From positions 68,414 through 132,413 of the IMG/VR virus record IMGVR_UViG_3300033120_000845: DNA of 64,000 nt. One strand, given 5' to 3'. Below, piece after piece: positions 31,111 through 39,563 of the stretch. The notes beneath the pieces were generated by a model. It worked only from the letters and a program-made list of their open reading frames with translations, made no database searches and had not been told where the DNA came from. Numbering within the stretch: the first letter of the stretch is position 1; each line of letters opens with the position of its first letter. Both the position numbers and the translations under genes were made by a program. Origin of the DNA: a virus (Duplodnaviria > Caudoviricetes).

Positions 31111-32028
31111 TTATTCATCTTTTTTATTTTTTATGGGAGTTGGATAATTCAACCCCTTATTAAATAACGTCAATGAGGTCTTTAAATATCCGTCAATATT
31201 GGTTCTAATATAGTTATGATTTCTAATACTGTCTTCTATGACTTCCCACATATTATCTGAATCTATGCCATAAAAACTACACAATCCTCCAGCGGTAAAA
31301 CTACAAGAAACTATTGAATTGTGGGCATTTTCCTCTATCCTGTCAAACAAATGTTTCACTAAACTAAAGCATTTCTCGACATCCTCTTCACTAACATCTT
31401 TAGCAACTTCTATCTCTCCGATATGAGGAACAAAACCCCCGTCCTTATAACCACGTTTAATAATACCAACTGCATCTTCCCTAAATTTAGCATTTGGGTC
31501 ATAACTGTTGTAGAGTGGTTGGGTGAGTCGTTCATTACAGAAGTCTAAGTTTCTAAACTTGTCTAAATCGTGCGCAATTCCGTACCAAAGAGATTTGTAA
31601 TGTAGGACACTTGTAGGAGTTTCACCCAAAAGAAATATGAATTTACAGCCTGTGGAACTGGGCGAATTAAAGGCAAAAATACAATCTTTTCTTTTTTCAA
31701 AAACATAATCTCTTAATATATCGCAATATTCAACATCATCATATTCAAAAACTGCAAGAGGAAGGTAGGATTCGATTGATTCATAATTTCTGATAGGATT
31801 AAAAATAGCAGAAGGTGTTGTAAAAAATAATCTCTCTGCTTTTAATCGGTTTTTCTCTTCTTTATCTCCCCTCGCACCTGCTTCTTGAATCAATTTAAAT
31901 GCTTCAATCATTTCAGGTTTAGGTGAGATAATGCTGTTTATCAGTTGGGAAAGTGTAATAAATCCGTCAGGACGTACATTTTTTATACCACGAGTATACC
32001 ACTGAAATTTTAAATCTAAGTATGACAT
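31111..32028 (-). CDS. BT4734-like/VirE N-terminal domain protein (putative primase-polymerase)
   Basis: LKAERLFFTTPSAIF..RN; VFEYDD; FAFNSPSSTGCKFIF; SYDPNA. Confidence 0.65.
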   Translation of the reverse strand: MSYLDLKFQWYTRGIKNVRPDGFITLSQLINSIISPKPEMIEAFKLIQEAGARGDKEEKNRLKAERLFFTTPSAIFNPIRNYESIESYLPLAVFEYDDVEYCDILRDYVFEKRKDCIFAFNSPSSTGCKFIFLLGETPTSVLHYKSLWYGIAHDLDKFRNLDFCNERLTQPLYNSYDPNAKFREDAVGIIKRGYKDGGFVPHIGEIEVAKDVSEEDVEKCFSLVKHLFDRIEENAHNSIVSCSFTAGGLCSFYGIDSDNMWEVIEDSIRNHNYIRTNIDGYLKTSLTLFNKGLNYPTPIKNKKDE

Positions 32029-32352
32029 CTATTTTTTCTTTTTCCAAAATTTAAGCTTTTTTGACGATAGGTAAATATCTAATAATTCTTCACAAGTGGT
32101 TTTAAAATCCATCTTATTATCTAAACAGAATTTCTCTAATTCCTTAACTTCTTTAGTCTGTTTTTTATTTTTTATCGCGCGAAAAAGTGATAAAACGTAT
32201 TCAGTATTATCCCAATAAGCCTCCTTTTCAACCTCTTTAAAATGTAAAGCAGGCTCTTTACACCATTCACCTCTAACTCTAATATCACTCAATTGAATAG
32301 AGCCATTACTATTTTCAATTGCTCTATAAACTGTTACATCTCTTTCCATCAC
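32029..32352 (-). CDS. Hypothetical protein
   Basis: Coupled ORF. Confidence 0.5.
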   Translation of the reverse strand: MMERDVTVYRAIENSNGSIQLSDIRVRGEWCKEPALHFKEVEKEAYWDNTEYVLSLFRAIKNKKQTKEVKELEKFCLDNKMDFKTTCEELLDIYLSSKKLKFWKKKK

Positions 32353-32747
32353 CTACTTAAAATTAAATATCCGCTAAAAATAAGACTTCCATATAAAGCC
32401 ACTTTAGTCCAAATTGTTTTATTGTTTGCTCTTTTTAAATCTTTTTCAAGATTAGTAATCTGTTTGTCTTTGTTACTTTTAATTTCTTCTTGTAATTTAT
32501 TTTCGCGCGAAAAAGTTGAAATAATAGCATCATTAACCTCATTTTTCTTCTCTAATTGACTCACAAGAATCTTATATTGTTTAACTTCTTCCAAACAATA
32601 ATCATAACTCACTAAATCTTTTATAACTAAACGTGCTGTTGTGTTAGATAAGATTACTTTTGTAGTGTCTGTCTGTGCTTTTACTTCTTTCGCGCCGAAA
32701 AACAATAAAAACAAAAATATAAATTTATTTATCATATCTTTTTTCAA
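32349..32747 (-). CDS. Membrane/exported coiled-coil protein (possible lysis accessory)
   Basis: N-terminal signal, coiled coil, C-terminal hydrophobic segment. Confidence 0.4.
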   Translation of the reverse strand: MKKDMINKFIFLFLLFFGAKEVKAQTDTTKVILSNTTARLVIKDLVSYDYCLEEVKQYKILVSQLEKKNEVNDAIISTFSRENKLQEEIKSNKDKQITNLEKDLKRANNKTIWTKVALYGSLIFSGYLILSR

Positions 32748-33054
32748 AATACTCTGTTAATGATTTGTTTCCCATTTTACTCACCTCACTTGTTTTTTTA
32801 TCTCTTTCTATAGTGATGTTGTTAATAGTTGTTTTTGATGTCGCAATTTGAGAGGACAAACTATCTTTTTGTTGTTGATATTTATCCCTTTCTTTTTTAA
32901 TCTCTTTGATTTCTGCCTCTTTAGCTGAATTTTCTTTCTTTAGATTTTCATTTTCCATTACTTTAGTTTCGCCGCGAAAAAGACTAAAACCAAGAGAAAC
33001 AAACAAACCAAAACAGATGATTAGAAGCACTTTATTTATTTTATTATTTTCCAT
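32725..33054 (-). CDS. Membrane-anchored coiled-coil protein (possible spanin-like)
   Basis: N-terminal TM followed by a coiled coil; overlaps the next gene. Confidence 0.4.
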   Translation of the reverse strand: MENNKINKVLLIICFGLFVSLGFSLFRGETKVMENENLKKENSAKEAEIKEIKKERDKYQQQKDSLSSQIATSKTTINNITIERDKKTSEVSKMGNKSLTEYFEKRYDK

Positions 33055-33056
33055 GT

Positions 33057-33884
33057 TTAAATTTTAATGTTTTGTAAAGGGGATTGTATTTTACTAATTG
33101 TAGAATGAGAAATATGTAAATATATAGATGTGGTTTTAACAGAACTGTGACCAAGTAAGCGTTGTATCATGTTGATATCAATTCCTGCATCACACATGTG
33201 GCTTGCTGAACAATGTCTAACCAAATGTGTATAGACTCTTTTGTCTAATCCTGCCTTTGTAGCTAATTGTTTAACAACTTGTAACACACTTCTTGAAGAA
33301 TATTGTTCTGAAAATTGCCCGCCAAAAATAAAAGACTTAGTTTTAAATTCGCGGTAATATTCCTCCATTAATTTTAGTAATGTGTCGTTCAATCCCACTT
33401 GCCTGTTTTTTCCACCCTTAGCATTTAGTATATAAATAATCATTCTACTTCTATCAATATTTTCCCACCTTAAATTAATGAGTTCTGAAACACGCAAAGA
33501 ACAAGAGTATAAAAGTGCTAAAATTAACTTATGCTTCCTATTCTCACACATATCAAACATTTTTTGAATTTCCTCTACAGAGAGAATGATTGGCAAGCTT
33601 TTATCTTTCTTTGTATAAGGTATATTTTTAAACTTTTGTTTTTGATTTAAACAAATATCATAAAATAACTTTATAGCAGAATGATAGTTTCTTTGAGTAT
33701 TAGCTTTTATGCAATTGCTTAAAAAATGTTTAATGTCTTGTTCATTGATATTCTTAGGGTGGTCTTTATTAATAGTGGATAAAAACACATCAATGCAACT
33801 ACTGTAATTTTTAATACTGTTTTCTCTATATCCTCTTCGTTTCATTTCCTGAATGAAAGTTTGTTTGTGTTCAGAAGTTTTCAT
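33057..33884 (-). CDS. Tyrosine recombinase/integrase (candidate cassette integrase)
   Basis: N-terminal SAM-like domain (RRGYRENSIKNY); intact catalytic set LRVSE, AKGGKNR, HLVRH, LGH, TTSIY; no IntI-specific insertion visible before the HxxR box. Confidence 0.9.
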   Translation of the reverse strand: MKTSEHKQTFIQEMKRRGYRENSIKNYSSCIDVFLSTINKDHPKNINEQDIKHFLSNCIKANTQRNYHSAIKLFYDICLNQKQKFKNIPYTKKDKSLPIILSVEEIQKMFDMCENRKHKLILALLYSCSLRVSELINLRWENIDRSRMIIYILNAKGGKNRQVGLNDTLLKLMEEYYREFKTKSFIFGGQFSEQYSSRSVLQVVKQLATKAGLDKRVYTHLVRHCSASHMCDAGIDINMIQRLLGHSSVKTTSIYLHISHSTISKIQSPLQNIKI

Positions 33885-33886
33885 TG

Positions 33887-33944
33887 TTAAGTATTGATTT
33901 TATTAGTGTTTTAGAGTGTGTAATACATATTTATGTTAGGCGAT
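33887..33944 (+). other. attI-like primary site of cassette array 1
   Basis: 27-bp motif TTAAGTATTGATTTTATTAGTGTTTTA (33887-33913; 26/27 identical at 62895-62921), then GTT core at 33935 with no preceding hairpin; immediately upstream of the integrase start. Confidence 0.65.
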
Positions 33945-34289
33945 ATTTGGACACAACTCGTTTAACAAATCGAAAGACTTATTAAAATTCTCAAATATTG
34001 GTTCTATATCGTTCCCTGTACTTTCTCCATTTAAGAAAAACTCGCAACTAATACTTTTTTCTTGGCACAAATATTTTATAGCCGAAACAAAGTCTGGACT
34101 ATTTGAATAAAAGTCCATTGATTTATTTAACGACAATGCTTTTTGTGCTTGTATCACCTCATTTAGTGGGTGCAACTGATGCCTACACTTATCTTCAATG
34201 GAAACTCCACAGTAAACACGAATAAAAACATCGCCTAACACAGGTTTTGTGCTATTGCTTTGCTCGGTGTTTAAATTTTGCTCAGTCAT
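33936..34289 (-). CDS. Cassette 1 hypothetical protein
   Basis: Starts inside the attC-like loop; TAA stop is the complement of the GTTA core. Confidence 0.7.
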   Translation of the reverse strand: MTEQNLNTEQSNSTKPVLGDVFIRVYCGVSIEDKCRHQLHPLNEVIQAQKALSLNKSMDFYSNSPDFVSAIKYLCQEKSISCEFFLNGESTGNDIEPIFENFNKSFDLLNELCPNIA

Positions 34290-34371
34290 AATATGTAATG
34301 TTTAGTGTTTAAATTAAAATTTGTTTTATTTTTGGTCGCAACAGACACAAAGCCTGAAAACGTTAGTGGCA
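34230..34371 (+). repeat. attC-like site 1
   Basis: ATCGCCTAAC-a-CAGGTTTTGTGCTATTGC...GCAACAGACACAAAGCCTG-aaaac-GTTAGTGGCA. Confidence 0.85.
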
Positions 34372-34374
34372 ATT

Positions 34375-35079
34375 TTAAGAAGCGTTCGTGTCAATAACAA
34401 TCGGTTCTATAAATGTACCAAGTTCATATTTTTTATTCTCTCCTTTTGGATAAGGTTTAATTTGATAATTAAGTTTTTTCATATACTCTTTTCTTTTAGT
34501 TTTACTTGTTGCAAAATAAATGTATCGGTGTTTAGCACTTCTGTATTTTCTTAAACCTTTTTGTTTTTCATTATCGTAGTGCCTTGAATGTTTTCCACCT
34601 TCAACATATTTGTCAGTTCTCGCTTTTGTCATTCCTGTATAAATCCAATTTGTAGCTTGATAAATATATCCGTTATGGTTCATTTGAGTATCAGCATAAG
34701 AAACTAAAATTAAATCTTTTGCTTTCAATTCATTTAGACACCAAGCCACAAATTTAGATAGTTGTATTTCAATTTCGCCATCAACACAAAGTCGGTTTAA
34801 TTCAAATACCTTTTCGCTATATTCTTTTCCACAAACTCCAATACATAAACTATTACTTGCAGGTTTACCAAATGTGCATACTGCTTTTAAGACATCTTTT
34901 TCATAATAACCAAAAGAAAAAGTAATACTCGGTTTTCTACCTGAATAGTGGCGAGGTAATAAAAAATCAACCGCTTGTTTATACGTTATTGAAGAAAAAC
35001 TGCCACTAACACTGCATATACGCAATGTGGGGTTTAGTGCTTCAACAATGTTTTGGTTTTCAAATAAACTTTTTTGCAT
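34375..35079 (-). CDS. Cassette 2: Mom-like (GNAT-fold) DNA adenine-modification protein
   Basis: FLLPRHYSGR, VCTFGKPAS, FELNRL, VSYADTQMNHNGYIYQATNWIYTG, KHRYIY. Confidence 0.75.
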   Translation of the reverse strand: MQKSLFENQNIVEALNPTLRICSVSGSFSSITYKQAVDFLLPRHYSGRKPSITFSFGYYEKDVLKAVCTFGKPASNSLCIGVCGKEYSEKVFELNRLCVDGEIEIQLSKFVAWCLNELKAKDLILVSYADTQMNHNGYIYQATNWIYTGMTKARTDKYVEGGKHSRHYDNEKQKGLRKYRSAKHRYIYFATSKTKRKEYMKKLNYQIKPYPKGENKKYELGTFIEPIVIDTNAS

Positions 35080-35137
35080 AATTTAAATTTTAGTTTTTAT
35101 AAGTCCCACACTGCGTATATGCTTTTACGTTAGCGGA
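35001..35137 (+). repeat. attC-like site 2
   Basis: TGCCACTAAC-act-GCATATACGCAATGTGGG...CCCACACTGCGTATATGC-ttttac-GTTAGCGGA. Confidence 0.85.
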
Positions 35138-35141
35138 GATA

Positions 35142-35780
35142 TTATTCACGTTTTGTTAAATAAGACTTTAAATGCTCACGATATTCAGGAGTTCTATTTT
35201 TCACAAGAAAATCAATAGTTTTATTCATTTCAATTTTACGATACTCATCTATTCCAATTTCTCTCATTTTTAAAATCACATCGCCTGTTACTCCAAAACA
35301 ACAATCTTCATAATCCGATTGGTTTTTATAATTGTACATTTTAGTTTTGTCTATTTCAATTTCTGAATTGACCAAGCCTTCTAAAGTTGGAAGTTTTTTA
35401 TATCTTTCTATTCTTTCTTTTTTTCTTTGTAAACCTTCAAATATTAAATCCAAGCAATGTTCTTTAGTGTATCCGTAAACGTGTTGTGAAGCCGTTGAAA
35501 AAGAACTATAAATAGAATCACTATAATTAGTTTCTTGCGGATGCCTTTCTTCTACTTTTATTTCCTCATCTAATATTAAATCAAGATATTGCTCTTTAGT
35601 GTGTTTATGGACATACTCATTTAAGTATATTTCTTTTAATTCATTTTGAACTTTTTTAGCAACATCATAATCTAAAAATTCTTTTCTTAAATTTACAAGA
35701 TAATCCTTTCTACAAATACCATCCGCTAACACAGGTTTTGTGCTATTGCTTTGTTCGGTGTTTTCTGAATGTTTGGTCAT
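35142..35780 (-). CDS. Cassette 3 hypothetical protein
   Basis: Starts in the att loop; N-terminus NTEQSNSTKPVL shared with cassette 1. Confidence 0.7.
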   Translation of the reverse strand: MTKHSENTEQSNSTKPVLADGICRKDYLVNLRKEFLDYDVAKKVQNELKEIYLNEYVHKHTKEQYLDLILDEEIKVEERHPQETNYSDSIYSSFSTASQHVYGYTKEHCLDLIFEGLQRKKERIERYKKLPTLEGLVNSEIEIDKTKMYNYKNQSDYEDCCFGVTGDVILKMREIGIDEYRKIEMNKTIDFLVKNRTPEYREHLKSYLTKRE

Positions 35781-35859
35781 AATCTGTATTTTTAGTGTTT
35801 AAATTAATGTTTTGGTCTATTTTTACGCAACAGACACAAAGCCTGATAACGTTAGCAAA
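35722..35859 (+). repeat. attC-like site 3 (near-copy of site 1)
   Basis: TCCGCTAAC-a-CAGGTTTTGTGCTATTGC...GCAACAGACACAAAGCCTG-ataac-GTTAGCAAA. Confidence 0.85.
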
Positions 35860-36304
35860 CAGTTAATTCACGGCCTGTTAAAGCGAAATAAAAGTTTTGA
35901 AGTTGATGAACATATTTTACAACATCAAAAAAAGTAGAGCCTTGAAATCTTAATCCAAAAGTTTTTAAATTATGTTTTGGCAAAAAATAATCAAATCTTG
36001 TGTCTTTTTTCAACTCGTATCTTAATGTAAACTCGTTATCAATTATTTTTTCAAATCCGAATTTCATTAACCATTCCTCATTTATTTCAATCGGTTGATA
36101 ATCTTCGTTCATTTCGTGTTTTATTCCAAAAATCCGTAAATCATCATAGTCAATTTCTGAAACTTCAAGCCATTCTTTGCGTTCATCCATTTTATCAACA
36201 ATTCTATAATTTATCAAATTACCTATTCTAAACTCCTTATCCGTAACCGATTTGCTAACATCGGTTTTGACTAATGCCTTACTTGGTTTTGTGCTTTTAC
36301 TCAT
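35852..36304 (-). CDS. Cassette 4: Bacteroidota-phage-type hypothetical protein
   Basis: EFRIGNL...QPIEINEEWLMKFGF...VHQLQNFYFALTGREL; stop within the GTTA core. Confidence 0.7.
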   Translation of the reverse strand: MSKSTKPSKALVKTDVSKSVTDKEFRIGNLINYRIVDKMDERKEWLEVSEIDYDDLRIFGIKHEMNEDYQPIEINEEWLMKFGFEKIIDNEFTLRYELKKDTRFDYFLPKHNLKTFGLRFQGSTFFDVVKYVHQLQNFYFALTGRELTVC

Positions 36305-36389
36305 TGGTTTTTAATTTAAAAATTAGTTTGTGCTTTTGTGTCTAGTCTTTAATTTACGGCACTAGACAAAGCCGAGAACCGTTATGCAC
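36251..36389 (+). repeat. attC-like site 4
   Basis: TTTGCTAAC-a-TCGGTTTTGACTAATGCC...GGCACTAGACAAAGCCGA-gaacc-GTTATGCAC. Confidence 0.85.
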
Positions 36390-36408
36390 AAGCACTACGT
36401 TATCGTTT

Positions 36409-37155
36409 TCAAATGAAATTTACGTTATAGACTAAATCCTTTTCTTCCTTGTTTATAATGTATTTTCCTGCTTCAAAATCACTTCTTACCCATTTAGCAA
36501 GAAAATCTACTTCGCCTTTTCTTTCAACTCTATAAACCATTCCTTCGGGTTTTTCATCAGGTGTAATTCCGTATGTTTTTTTGTTTAGTTCTGGTAATAT
36601 ATTTTCAACAGTTTCTGATTTTCCTCTGTGTAATAGTCTTGGAAGTTGTATTTCATATTTATTATAAAAACTATCCAAAACATCAAAACTGCTTCTTTGG
36701 TTATTTGCTGTAAAATGGTCAAAGAAAACTATCGGTTGTAATCGGGTATCAATATTATATTTAATTCCGTGTGCTTGCGCTAACCATTCTCCTGTAATTC
36801 TTTCTCCATTTTTTAACAAATCCATCCAAGTCATTATATTTTTATAAACCCAATCACTAAATAAATGATGTTGCTTGTAAGGGCTTGTATTTGCAATATA
36901 TCCACTTCTAGTAAGTGCAACTATTCTATTGTCAATTTTTCCAATTCCTACATTAGAACCGTCATATTTTTCAAAGACAAAAATTTCATCGTTTTTATCT
37001 CTAACTTTTACAGTTAAAATTCTTTCTTGTCCTTTATCTATAAAATGGTCGCCAGTTCCTAAATTACTATTTGATAAATGAGGAATTGAACCGTAATTTT
37101 TAATACCTAATGGTTTCATAAGTTCATTTATTTTTAAAATACCGTGCCAGTGCAT
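36409..37155 (-). CDS. Cassette 5: ATP-dependent RNA ligase-family protein (start may be 37119)
   Basis: Motif I EKYDGSN; GEW; FFD; PEGMVYR; AKWVR. Confidence 0.8.
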   Translation of the reverse strand: MHWHGILKINELMKPLGIKNYGSIPHLSNSNLGTGDHFIDKGQERILTVKVRDKNDEIFVFEKYDGSNVGIGKIDNRIVALTRSGYIANTSPYKQHHLFSDWVYKNIMTWMDLLKNGERITGEWLAQAHGIKYNIDTRLQPIVFFDHFTANNQRSSFDVLDSFYNKYEIQLPRLLHRGKSETVENILPELNKKTYGITPDEKPEGMVYRVERKGEVDFLAKWVRSDFEAGKYIINKEEKDLVYNVNFI

Positions 37156-37287
37156 AACAGCAATTTTGCGCTATTACCGTTTTAGGCTTTGGGTTATGTT
37201 AATTTTGTATTTGTTAATATTATTTCTTAATCAATGATTTCGGCTTTCTTATCGGTAACAGTCGCAAAGTTGCAAAACGTTATGCGC
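37150..37287 (+). repeat. attC-like site 5
   Basis: GTGCATAAC-a-GCAATTTTGCGCTATTACCG...CGGTAACAGTCGCAAAGTTGC-aaaac-GTTATGCGC. Confidence 0.85.
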
Positions 37288-38301
37288 AACCTTTCGTAAT
37301 CGTTTCCATAATACGATTTTGCGCTATATCGAAATAGTTTTTATCCATTTCTATTCCAATAAATTTACGGTTAGTGTTTACGCAAGCTACTCCAGTACTA
37401 CCTGAACCCATAGTAAAATCTAAAACAGTTTCACTTTCATTTGTATATGTTTTTATTAAGTACTCCATTAAATCTAATGGTTTTTGTGTTGGATGTACCC
37501 TTAGTTTAACCCTAAAATTAAAATTAAGTATATTGGTATTTCCAAAAGTACTGTTGTAAACTTCCTCTATTTCTTTATATTCAAATAAACCTAATGGTTC
37601 TTTTAATTTATTCCACATTTCCATAGTAGGAACTTGTCCGCATTTATTATTCCCAGTATAAATACTCCACATTCCACCTCCATTTTTAGCAACTCCAAGT
37701 AGACTATGAAAATCATCTTTACCTAAACCGTATTTTAAACAAGCTTCTTTTTTATTACTTTTGCTATTTTTGGTCTTGCATTTTTAGTATTCACATTTAT
37801 CAGCTCACATATATTTGGGTGCATTTTATATTTACCAATATTCCTGCCACCTAAAACTTGTTTTCCTTTATTTATAAACAGTAATTCTCTGTGTATTAAG
37901 TTGTTTTTTAATAAATTTGGATATATAAACTCTTGGGTTTTATGTGAACCAAATATAATTAATCTGCCACCACTTCGTAATGTTCTTGAACATTCTGTTA
38001 TTACACTATTAAAAAAAATATTAGCTTCATTAAATGTTTTATTGTCCCACGATTCATTAACCATACCAATGTAAGGTGGGTCAACAATAACAGCATCAAT
38101 ACTTCCATCAGGTATTTTCTTCATCAATTCAAGACAATTTCCGTTCCACAATTCAGGCAGCGCATAACAGCGGTTTGGAGCAATTGCCGTTTCATTTTCA
38201 AATAAACTTTCTTGCATAATATCAAATTTTGTTTTCATAATTAATTTTTCGGTACGGCAACTGCACCAAGCCGTAGGCGTTATAATAAACTTAACACACA
38301 A
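37280..38301 (-). CDS. Cassette 6: beta-class N6A/N4C DNA methyltransferase split by a -1 frameshift at 37747-37753 (true start probably near 38217-38238)
   Basis: Upstream ORF has GNCLELMK..IDAVIVDPPY; downstream ORF has HPTQKP..VLDFTMGSGSTG..FIGIE; the -1 frame is open across the junction. Confidence 0.8.
38160..38285 (+). repeat. attC-like site 6
   Basis: GCGCATAAC-ag-CGGTTTGGAGCAATTGCCGT...ACGGCAACTGCACCAAGCCG-taggc-GTTATAA. Confidence 0.85.
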
Positions 38302-38498
38302 TCTGTAATGTCATCTAAATCCTCATCGCTAATAAGAGTAATTATGTTAGTAAAGCTGTCAGAAACCATAACTTCCCTAATATCAAATTCTGCTCTACTA
38401 TTTGAATATTCTTCATAAGGATAATAATATCCTGTAATTGTTAGGGGTATTCCTCCTTTGAATACAACTTCTACTGTTTCTAAGTTTTTTGCCGCCAT
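38280..38498 (-). CDS. Hypothetical protein bordering the array
   Basis: 72 aa; stop lies in the last GTTA core. Confidence 0.55.
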   Translation of the reverse strand: MAAKNLETVEVVFKGGIPLTITGYYYPYEEYSNSRAEFDIREVMVSDSFTNIITLISDEDLDDITDCVLSLL

Positions 38499-38521
38499 AG
38501 TTATTTTCTATTTTTCTTTTA

Positions 38522-38552
38522 CAAATCTACAATAAATATTTTAAACTACCTA
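38522..38552 (-). promoter_or_regulatory. Promoter-like element reading into the cassette array from its distal end
   Basis: Minus strand TAG-N20-TAGATTTG (-7 matches TAnnTTTG; -33 imperfect). Confidence 0.5.
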
Positions 38553-38577
38553 ATGATTAGATTAATTTATAATCTTT

Positions 38578-38892
38578 CTAAATAATTTCCTTGTATTTTA
38601 ATTTCTTTCCGCGCAAAATATCACCAATGAATTTGTCAATATTCCACTGCCTTAAAACTTTACTCCAAGCTTTTACTTTAAGTTTATATTCTTCTTCTGT
38701 TAAGTGTGGATGATGATTCTCTCTGTTCATAATATTATTCCAGTGCTCATTGATTACAATATCCAATTCTTTAGCTTTTTCCGCCAAAAAATCTTTATAA
38801 AGTTCTTCAACATTATCACACTTAACTTCCCAAACATTATTGATATAAGAAGTTTCGCAGAGTGAATCATAACGTTTTGTAATGTAAATCAT
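38578..38892 (-). CDS. Hypothetical protein
   Basis: Packed ORF. Confidence 0.5.
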   Translation of the reverse strand: MIYITKRYDSLCETSYINNVWEVKCDNVEELYKDFLAEKAKELDIVINEHWNNIMNRENHHPHLTEEEYKLKVKAWSKVLRQWNIDKFIGDILRGKKLKYKEII

Positions 38893-38894
38893 AT

Positions 38895-39281
38895 TTATAA
38901 ATAATCAAAAAAATTAGTACTCTTCTTTAAGTCATCAAATCCTTCTAAATACTCATCAGCTTTTTCTAAATATTCTGTTTTATATTTTTTCCACAATAAT
39001 AATTCTTCTTCTAAATCTTTTATTTTCTTGTCAAAATGTTCGGCAACCTCTTTCTTATTAAAACAGCATTCAAAGTTAGATATAACACCCCAAAACTTTT
39101 TATAATTGTTATTTACTAACTTATCAAAGAATATTTTAGAGCTGTAAAACTTATTTTTACTTTTAAGTTCTTCTGAATTAAGAGATTCTTTTTCAAATTC
39201 AGTGTAGTCTCTAATCACTACAAAATTTCCAAATCTACCTTCTTTAGTGTAAAACACTATTTTACCTTCGTCTTTTTTCAT
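38895..39281 (-). CDS. Hypothetical protein
   Basis: Packed ORF. Confidence 0.5.
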   Translation of the reverse strand: MKKDEGKIVFYTKEGRFGNFVVIRDYTEFEKESLNSEELKSKNKFYSSKIFFDKLVNNNYKKFWGVISNFECCFNKKEVAEHFDKKIKDLEEELLLWKKYKTEYLEKADEYLEGFDDLKKSTNFFDYL

Positions 39282-39562
39282 TTTTCTAAAATATAACTTC
39301 TAACTAATTTTAATAAATTGTGTTCTTTTCTCAACTCTTTTTCCGTCCAATCGTTTTTACCAAGTTTCAAGTCATAATATTCGCCCCAATAATAAAGTTT
39401 TATAGAGTCAAAATCGTCTAATAAATCAAATGATAGAAAAGATAAATCAGATACAGTTAAATCCCCACTACCTAAATATGCTGAATCTTTAATATCTTTA
39501 TAATAGTGCAATACTTCTTCAAAATGATTATTTTCGGAAGCTAAGAATGTTATTGTTTTCAT
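39278..39562 (-). CDS. Hypothetical protein
   Basis: Packed ORF. Confidence 0.5.
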   Translation of the reverse strand: MKTITFLASENNHFEEVLHYYKDIKDSAYLGSGDLTVSDLSFLSFDLLDDFDSIKLYYWGEYYDLKLGKNDWTEKELRKEHNLLKLVRSYILEK

Positions 39563-39563
39563 A

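Larger units (their letters stand above)
33935..38278 (+). mobile_element. Integron-like array of six gene cassettes
   Basis: Cassette starts at 33935, 34362, 35129, 35851, 36381, 37279; each start core is the reverse complement of the core opening its own terminal hairpin. Confidence 0.85.

Noticed and set aside
33057-33884. Ordinary prophage integrase marking an attL/attR boundary
   Set aside because: Phage genes continue on both sides with no host genes or tRNA target; the link to the cassette array is stronger. A role in lysogeny is not excluded.
33935-38285. CRISPR array or simple REP/terminator repeats
   Set aside because: Units are separated by whole genes, arms vary in sequence, and core complementarity is specific to each cassette, which terminators would not explain.
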